Source of the DNA: Candidatus Hodarchaeota archaeon
GTDB lineage: Archaea > Asgardarchaeota > Heimdallarchaeia > Hodarchaeales > Hodarchaeaceae
Length of the DNA: 23,453 bases
Direction: 5' to 3'
Assembly: GCA_016839815.1 (NCBI GenBank)
Contig: JAEOTM010000114.1
Span: 1 to 23,453, forward strand
Below, one piece after another: positions 17,434 to 23,453 of the stretch (position 1 is the stretch's first letter; the number at the start of each line of letters is the position of its first letter). The notes under the pieces are model-generated. The model saw only the letters and a program-made list of their open reading frames with translations, was not told the origin of the DNA and did not search any database. The position numbers were made by a program, and so were the translations under genes.

Positions 17434-18114
17434 TTATATATTTCTCAGTGGTTCAATTATATCTGTTAAAAAATCGTAGGGATCGTGCTGAGCGGAATAT
17501 GGGATTTCTAAAACGAATCCTCTCACTTTTTGTTTTAATCCCTTCTTGATGTCGATCTTTCCATTTATACCAACAGCAGAAAATACGGAAACTTTTGGAT
17601 TTTCTATGTTTATTCGTTTAACATGATTTTCTATCATTTCAGGAGGGAGTTTGGAAAGAACAGACTCTTCAGGTCCTTGATGGGGTGAGGAAATTGCTAT
17701 AGCATTGGGGTCAAATTTTGACAATGCGGCACTAATAGCCACGTTCGATGAGTAAACCAGTGTATAAAGCCGATTTGTTCTCGAATCTCTGATATACTTC
17801 TCCAAGTAAATCAAAGGTACTAAATCATCTTTAATTATAAGTCCTTTGATGTTAAGAGACTTATAGAAAGCAATAGAGTCACGATAATAACTCTGATGAT
17901 TTCCAATATGATGATAGAATTGCGAGAAAAACGGAATATTGAATTTATCATGAAATTTAATCAGAAAGGGGAAAGGAGGACACAATCCAATCTTAATACT
18001 TGTTTCACTCGAAATCTTTTCAGTTATCTTAGCGATTTTTATTCCTTGTCCCTCAAAAAGACCTTTATAATTAGTACAATCCAATATTAGTCGAGGTTCA
18101 TCTTTAAATGTCAT
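17434..18114 (-). CDS. Divergent triosephosphate isomerase homologue, likely non-canonical or inactive
   Basis: TIM-like over its length (LILDCTNYKG, ISSETSIKIGLCPPFPFLIKF, LVYSSNVAISAALSKFDPNAIAISSP, EMIENHVKRINIENPKVSVFSAVGINGKIDIKKGL), but catalytic His and Glu motifs are not conserved. Confidence 0.72.
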   Translation of the reverse strand: MTFKDEPRLILDCTNYKGLFEGQGIKIAKITEKISSETSIKIGLCPPFPFLIKFHDKFNIPFFSQFYHHIGNHQSYYRDSIAFYKSLNIKGLIIKDDLVPLIYLEKYIRDSRTNRLYTLVYSSNVAISAALSKFDPNAIAISSPHQGPEESVLSKLPPEMIENHVKRINIENPKVSVFSAVGINGKIDIKKGLKQKVRGFVLEIPYSAQHDPYDFLTDIIEPLRNI

Positions 18115-18480
18115 TATTTCAAAAGCTCCGAGTTTTAATGTAAGTATTTATTGCTAGTATCCCAATGATTAAAAATTTCTCATTATTGATTTAAAATTTT
18201 CCCGATTCTGCTCAATGAAATGATTTAAAATTATTGAAAACTGTTGGACTGATAGCCAATATTGATTGAAGTTTGGCATTCTATATTCTATCAGAGTTGT
18301 TTTTGTTAGCAGTTTTTTACTTACTAGCCTCTTGAATTAAGAATCAAAAATTTGATTGGTTATCAACCTCCAAAATGCAAATAGAGTTAGATCTTTGGCC
18401 TTACATAACTCTTAAAGATTGTGTCTATTCTCGTCCAATTATACTGCTTTATAGCTATAAATATAAGGAGCTAATGTGGT

Positions 18481-19086
18481 TTGAGTCGTCGAGGTCGCTC
18501 ATCGCGAAGAACGGTAGACAAATGGTCTGCAAAGGAATTATACCAAATTTATAGTCCCCCAGGCTTTCTCGAAGGGGATGAAAAAATTGTTGGTGAAACA
18601 ATCGCAGATGATCCTGAAAAAATAATCGGTCGTGTCATTGAAGTTTCTCTTGCAGATCTCATCAATGATTATTCTAAAATGCATATTAAACTAAATTTTC
18701 AAATTACAGAAGTAACTGGAAATACGGCACGGACACGATTTAAAGGTCACACATTTGCTCGAGATTACCTTCGATTTTTAGTTAGAAGACGACGAACCAG
18801 AATTGATAGTATTAGTACAGTTAAAACTAAAGATGGTGTTCCTTTTAGAATTACAGCTACCGGATTTACATTACATAGGTCGAAAACCAGCAAAAAAGAT
18901 GCCATTAGGAGGGAAATGCTTAATATAGTGAAAGCACGAGCCGAAGAGCTTGACAGCTTGGAGTTTATTCGTGAAACCACTAATGGTAAATTGGGATCAC
19001 AAATTTATTTCCAATGTAAATCTATCTACCCTCTAAAAGGAGTAGAAGTACAAAAAAGTAGAATCCTAAAACCTGTTTCTACTTAA
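18481..19086 (+). CDS. rps3ae: Ribosomal protein eS1 (Rps3Ae)
   Basis: KWSAKELYQIYSPPGFLEGDEKIVGETIADDPEKIIGRVIEVSLADLINDYSKMHIKLNFQITEVTGNTARTRFKGHTFARDYLRFLVRRRRTRID. TTG start with an in-frame stop just upstream. Confidence 0.95.
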   Translation: MSRRGRSSRRTVDKWSAKELYQIYSPPGFLEGDEKIVGETIADDPEKIIGRVIEVSLADLINDYSKMHIKLNFQITEVTGNTARTRFKGHTFARDYLRFLVRRRRTRIDSISTVKTKDGVPFRITATGFTLHRSKTSKKDAIRREMLNIVKARAEELDSLEFIRETTNGKLGSQIYFQCKSIYPLKGVEVQKSRILKPVST

Positions 19087-19343
19087 CTCGCATCATCAAT
19101 TTTCCTAAGAATTTTTCGATTCAGCTCATACGAGTCAAGAATATCAATTATTGTTGCATTAGCTGAATTAATACTCGGTAAACCTTCAATAGTAATCTCT
19201 AAAGTATTATCAAAAAAACCTGATGTGATTTTCACAGGTGGGTTAGCAATATTATCAGGGTTTAGTGAGTCATGTATTATCTGAGCTTCCTCACTCGATT
19301 TTGTGACAAACTTGATTTTGAGATCAATTTTTTTAATTTTTAT
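19083..19343 (-). CDS. pcc1: KEOPS complex subunit Pcc1-like protein (start codon uncertain, possibly ATA/ATT)
   Basis: Read by hand, not in the ORF track: IKIKKIDLKIKFVTKSSEEAQIIHDSLNPDNIANPPVKITSGFFDNTLEITIEGLPSINSANATIIDILDSYELNRKILRKIDDAS*. Pcc1-type LxPDN and S-x-x-AT-x-x-D motifs; directly downstream of the RecJ-like gene. Confidence 0.8.
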   Translation of the reverse strand: MKIKKIDLKIKFVTKSSEEAQIIHDSLNPDNIANPPVKITSGFFDNTLEITIEGLPSINSANATIIDILDSYELNRKILRKIDDAS

Positions 19344-20751
19344 TGTCTTGATCCTCCAGAAGAAGAGAATTAATCTGCTCTTTGAATGAACTTAAACTGC
19401 TCTCTTGAAGAATTGCGCCTGCAGCAGCTGAATGGCCTCCCACCTCTGTTTCAAGTTGAAGGTCCTTGAATCCCTTACGTAATACTTGATCAAGCTCAAT
19501 TTGATTTTCTGAGGTATGTGCTTTACGAATACTAATTTTAACCCTACTATCATCAATTTTTGCACAGCTCAATATAGGTTTTGAGTGATATTCTTCCATA
19601 GAAGCAAGAATCGAAGTGATGGGTCCAATCATATTCTCCTCAATAGTATTTCTGCCATCAACAAAATAGAGGGCTGATAGTTCTTCGAGATTTCCATCTG
19701 AAAGAGCCCATCTTATCCCTTCTCCGATATTTTTAGAATATTCTTTCAAAATAGGTTTTATTTCAGTAAGAGCTTGATTACGATCACCCATGCATAAGGC
19801 AACTCCAATATCAGGACGTCCCATCCGCCCACAAGCGTTTAATCGGTTTGCGAATACACGTGCATCTTGTATTTGAATTTCTGATTCTCTGAGTAAATGA
19901 TAATCATGCTTATAGATTTCTTTGGGATCGATTAGATTTCGGACGATGAGCTCTGAAGCGAGTTTTTTCTTTTCTTCCTCACTTAAATCCATAATTGTGC
20001 GTCGTCCAGACTTTCCTGTTAATTTAATTCCAATATCCTCCAGAAAATAGTGTACTACGATTTCTTCATCAAATTCTTCAATGTTTAATCTCTTTAAGCT
20101 GGTGACTAAATCACGAGTTTTATCGTAAAACCATACAGACACTAAATCAGTACATAATTGCTTCTCTAAAGCGTCTTTCACAATAATCTGGTTTAAACCG
20201 ATTAATGAGGAATTTTCTCCTTGATCTTGCCGATCTCCTAGTGCACCAATTATTGCTAAATGCGCATAATTTTTATTTAGAGAATTAATATTCACTGCAA
20301 CAAAATAAGAAACTCCAGAACCGCTTATCTGATCTGATCCATCAATAGAAAAGCAATGGGGATTTATTAGGTGAATATTCTCTGCTAAATTGCATTCACT
20401 TGCTAAGGAATGATGATCCAAAATGAAAATTTGAACCGATGGATCCCATGATGAAAAGGACTCTATTACTCCCGATCCTAGATCACATAGAACTACAGTA
20501 GCATTCTTAGGAACAGATTCACCAATGGAGATAACTTCATTGATTTCTAGCCTCTTTAGGATTCTGAGATGATAGGGGATGTTTTCTTGTTTAAAAGCTA
20601 ATGCTAAGATTGATGCTCCCGAAAGCCCATCTGGATCAAAATGTGAAAAAATATAGATAGGAGTCGATAGATTTCTCTGTACTATTCTCTCTGCAGCCTT
20701 TTTACAAGCAGTTAAGAATTCTTGATATTCCTCCTTCATAGTTGGATCCAA
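19333..20751 (-). CDS. RecJ-like DHH/DHHA1 family phosphoesterase (archaeal RecJ/GAN type)
   Basis: YIFSHFDPDGLSGASILALAF, ATVVLCDLGSGV, VQIFILDHHSLA, LAIIGALGDRQD, C-terminal DHHA1-like GGHSAAAGAILQESSL. Confidence 0.92.
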   Translation of the reverse strand: MDPTMKEEYQEFLTACKKAAERIVQRNLSTPIYIFSHFDPDGLSGASILALAFKQENIPYHLRILKRLEINEVISIGESVPKNATVVLCDLGSGVIESFSSWDPSVQIFILDHHSLASECNLAENIHLINPHCFSIDGSDQISGSGVSYFVAVNINSLNKNYAHLAIIGALGDRQDQGENSSLIGLNQIIVKDALEKQLCTDLVSVWFYDKTRDLVTSLKRLNIEEFDEEIVVHYFLEDIGIKLTGKSGRRTIMDLSEEEKKKLASELIVRNLIDPKEIYKHDYHLLRESEIQIQDARVFANRLNACGRMGRPDIGVALCMGDRNQALTEIKPILKEYSKNIGEGIRWALSDGNLEELSALYFVDGRNTIEENMIGPITSILASMEEYHSKPILSCAKIDDSRVKISIRKAHTSENQIELDQVLRKGFKDLQLETEVGGHSAAAGAILQESSLSSFKEQINSLLLEDQDNKN

Positions 20752-20833
20752 CCAGATTGTTACAGGAAAGAATAAATCATCCTGTTATTAGAAGACTGAT
20801 TAGTAGCTGCTACTCAATCCTCGTAAAAGAAGT

Positions 20834-21757
20834 TTATATCATCCCTTTATCTATTAAGGTTCGAAATTCTTCAAAAGATAACTTTCTCCCCTCATCAAAT
20901 TTCTTCTTTGCGTCTTCAGTTTTTTCCTTAATTTTTTCCCGTCTCTCTGCATCTTGCTGTTGACGCATATTCTGTTTATTTTTGCTAATATTCTGCCTAG
21001 TTTTATTTATCTCTCGAATATGAGTTAGATATTCGTTGTGTATTAAGTTTGCTTGCTCTTTGGCATCTAAGAAGCGTGCATGTAATTCATCTGCTTGCTT
21101 TCTTAAGACATCAGCATTCTTGAAGGCTTGAATCATAGTTTTATGATGAAAACGACTTTCATGGGCTTGATTCCTGAGATCCCGATCTAACCCTCTCATT
21201 TTTCCTTTTAATCCTCTTATTCTATTTGAAACTGTTTGTAAATCCCGTGATAGAACATCTGATTCGCGAACTTCTCTGAATCTTGACTCTAAACGCTCAA
21301 TCTGATCAACAATATCTCTTTCATCATTAATTGATAAGTTCGAGGTCGTTTGAAGCTTCCATTCGAGATCCTGGATCTGTTTTCTGATTCTTTTTGCAGA
21401 AAAATTATGTCGATGTCTGGTTTGAGATTTTTTCTCTTGAGCATTTTCAAGCTGTTCTTCTAACCGTTTGATTTGTTCATCAAATCCTTCAATCTCCTTT
21501 ATTAAGGCATTTTTCTTCTCCTTAATCTCGGAAATTGATTGATTGCATTGATCGCGTTTATCCCTTTCTTCTTTTGCTGTTTGAATCAATTCTTGTACTT
21601 GTTCATTTAATTGATTTCTTTTATTGGCAATGGTTGTAACCTTTCTATTCAGTTCTTCTCTTTGTTGCTTAATGTCACGAGCATTTGATTCAATGTTCGA
21701 GATTTTTAGAAGTAGAGTTTCGATATCCTGTTTTGCCAAGGGAGAACCTTCGTTCAA
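20834..21757 (-). CDS. Archaeal conserved coiled-coil protein (COG1340-like)
   Basis: Almost entirely heptad-rich helix (LNRKVTTIANKRNQLNEQVQELIQTAKEERDKRDQ...); central RIRKQIQDLEWKLQTTSNLSINDERDIVDQIERLE resembles the archaeal COG1340 family. Confidence 0.75.
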   Translation of the reverse strand: MNEGSPLAKQDIETLLLKISNIESNARDIKQQREELNRKVTTIANKRNQLNEQVQELIQTAKEERDKRDQCNQSISEIKEKKNALIKEIEGFDEQIKRLEEQLENAQEKKSQTRHRHNFSAKRIRKQIQDLEWKLQTTSNLSINDERDIVDQIERLESRFREVRESDVLSRDLQTVSNRIRGLKGKMRGLDRDLRNQAHESRFHHKTMIQAFKNADVLRKQADELHARFLDAKEQANLIHNEYLTHIREINKTRQNISKNKQNMRQQQDAERREKIKEKTEDAKKKFDEGRKLSFEEFRTLIDKGMI

Positions 21758-21849
21758 TTCGAGTACGTTTACTGATTATAACTTATTTTTGGATTTTGAT
21801 AAATAGATCAAATTAGGAACTTGCCTAATTTTGCATTTTTTATCCGTTT

Positions 21850-22308
21850 CTAACGAAGATATAGAGTTGCTTGAGAAGGTTCATACTTAAATTCTTGTTC
21901 AAAGACTCCGGTTTTTCTATAATACTTTACTAACCTTCTGATTTTTGATTCAATTAATTGTAAACCACGGCGAGAACTTTTGTCTTTCTTATTTCCACTT
22001 TCCAAATGCTTGCGGAGGTTTAATGCACGACGTACAAGATTTAAGAAATCTTCTGGCATCTTTGGTCCTAAATTATTTTCACTCATTATTGATGTAATTG
22101 ATTTAGAACATATTTTCTTTACGCTAGGAACCGCATACTCATCCCTAAGAATCAATCCAATCTGAGCAGAACTTAATCCCTCTTTTGCTTTCTCGACAAC
22201 AAGGTCTTCAATCTCTTCTGCAGAATATGGAATCCACTCGGGTGTTTTTCTCCAGATAGGTCTTGTAGATCCGCTTTTACCTTTTCTCCTTGCGTGCATT
22301 CTAGCCAT
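21850..22308 (-). CDS. rps15: Ribosomal protein uS15
   Basis: [64 protein letters not shown]...[20 protein letters not shown]...[23 protein letters not shown]. Confidence 0.98.
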   Translation of the reverse strand: MARMHARRKGKSGSTRPIWRKTPEWIPYSAEEIEDLVVEKAKEGLSSAQIGLILRDEYAVPSVKKICSKSITSIMSENNLGPKMPEDFLNLVRRALNLRKHLESGNKKDKSSRRGLQLIESKIRRLVKYYRKTGVFEQEFKYEPSQATLYLR

Positions 22309-22555
22309 TTATATCTCCACTAGACGATTATTGTGATAACTTGACTTCAAAGCCGTCCTAATCATTTTATGCGGATTAGCAGTCAATCTGAGGAGATCTA
22401 ATTTAATTGATAAACCTTCTTTCTTAACCCAAATTCTCATCACGAATTCAGAGGATGTACAGAAACTAAATAAATCTCATCTGCTCTTCTCTTTCAAATA
22501 AAAATTAAGCATATCATTTTTATTTAAATTCTCCAGCCTAGTCCTTGAAATAAAG

Positions 22556-23272
22556 ATGTTTAAAATCTCCAATATTTCGCTCTCCTCGTTTGAAGAATTA
22601 TGTTTTCTCCTTGACAGAGGGTATGCTAAGAAAAGTGCACTAAATATTGTATCAAATCGTTATAATTATTCTGAAAACGAACGATCTGTTTTAAATCGCA
22701 TCACTATGCCTCTAAATTATGTCGAAAGGATTAACAAATCTAGAATTATTGATCCATCCAAATTGGAAAATAAAATTCTTAGTATTGATACGTATAATCA
22801 ATTTACAACATTTCAATCGATTCTTAACAATGAACCTATCCTTCTTTGTCGTGATAAAATAATCAGAGATATTTTTTCTTTAATACACACAAAGAATGAT
22901 CTCCAGTTTCTCCAAGAACCGATTGAAAAGTATATATTGAGTATCTATACCTTGAAACCCAGTTATTCCTACTTCTACTTCGATCAACAACGTAGTATGA
23001 GTGGAGTTCATAGTTCCCTATTTCGAGCCACTTTAGAGAAATTCAAGCTTTCAGGTGAATGTATTGTTACAAAATCAGTTGATCATGCTTTAAAAGCACG
23101 ATCTGATAGCATTACATTTACACATGATTCCATAATACTAAATAATGTTCCAGCAAGCTTTGATTTCATTGATTGGTATATAAAGACAAATAAATTGAAA
23201 TCAAAAATCATAGATCGATTTTTTAAGTTTTCAATTCAAACTAGAAGATCATTCGAGTTAGAAAATTATTAA
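22556..23272 (+). CDS. DUF434-like conserved archaeal protein
   Basis: FEELCFLLDRGYAKKSALNIVSNRYNYSENERSVLNRI... then ILSIDTYNQFTTFQSILNNEPILLCRDKIIRDIF, SVDHALKARSDSITFTHDSIILNN, resembling DUF434 / COG2454 architecture. Confidence 0.65.
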   Translation: MFKISNISLSSFEELCFLLDRGYAKKSALNIVSNRYNYSENERSVLNRITMPLNYVERINKSRIIDPSKLENKILSIDTYNQFTTFQSILNNEPILLCRDKIIRDIFSLIHTKNDLQFLQEPIEKYILSIYTLKPSYSYFYFDQQRSMSGVHSSLFRATLEKFKLSGECIVTKSVDHALKARSDSITFTHDSIILNNVPASFDFIDWYIKTNKLKSKIIDRFFKFSIQTRRSFELENY

Positions 23273-23321
23273 AATATCTCAATCTTTCTGATAAAATGAG
23301 TCTTAAAGGAAAAATAATCCT

Positions 23322-23453
23322 CTAGCGGGAACGTAGCGAAGCTAGTGGACTCGCTAGTTTCTAGCGAGACCGGACAAGTATCGCGCCGGGCTCCAGAACC
23401 CCTGTGAACTCCACTGGGTTGACTGAAACTCATGATGAAGTTCTGGAACAATG
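23322..23453. other. GC-rich structured segment truncated by window edge (possible ncRNA, strand and class unknown)
   Basis: CTCGCTAG-TTT-CTAGCGAG perfect 8-bp hairpin (23350-23368), CTAGC...GCTAG pair, and CCAGAAC (23393-23399) complementary to GTTCTGG (23440-23446), in an otherwise AT-rich context with no coding support. Confidence 0.4.

Noticed and set aside
23269-23451. 60-aa minus-strand ORF at the right edge
   Set aside because: It lies in the hairpin-rich GC-rich segment and its translation is not protein-like. The sequence is better explained as structured non-coding DNA or RNA.
1-23453. Mobile element, CRISPR array or defence island
   Set aside because: No transposase, integrase, cas gene, regularly spaced repeats or toxin-antitoxin pair seen. 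Content is mostly housekeeping translation and repair genes.

Overview
This 23.4-kb archaeal window is dominated by ribosomal-protein gene clusters. The ribosomal proteins look eukaryote-like, so an Asgard-type lineage is plausible, but that is inference.

Core on the minus strand: eL32-eL19-uL18-uS5-uL30-uL15, then tRNA-Val(GAC) with an apparent D-arm intron of about 30 nt, then (past a plus-strand uS19) uL22-uS3-uL29-Rpp29-uS17-uL14-uL24-eS4-uL5-uS14-Taw2-like methyltransferase. The 52-aa uS14 is absent from the supplied ORF track. Relative to the usual archaeal S10/spc order, the two segments are transposed, uS19 is inverted, and uS8, uL6, uL2, uL23, uL4 and uL3 are not present here.

Left flank: a partial, previously unlisted CDS running off the edge, an aldo/keto reductase, a zinc-ribbon membrane protein, and a TPR-like protein with a HEPN-like C-terminal motif.

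Right flank: NurA-HerA, a 42-aa single-TM microprotein, a triosephosphate-isomerase homologue apparently lacking catalytic His and Glu, eS1, and a uS15 / coiled-coil / RecJ-like DHH / Pcc1 cluster in which Pcc1 is unlisted and lacks an ATG/GTG/TTG start. A DUF434-like gene and a GC-rich structured segment follow at the right edge.

I see no CRISPR array, transposase or obvious defence island. The observations most worth checking are the degenerate TIM homologue, the intron-containing tRNA, the peptide shared between the zinc-ribbon protein and the Taw2 C-terminus, the ribosomal cluster rearrangement and the unlisted small genes.
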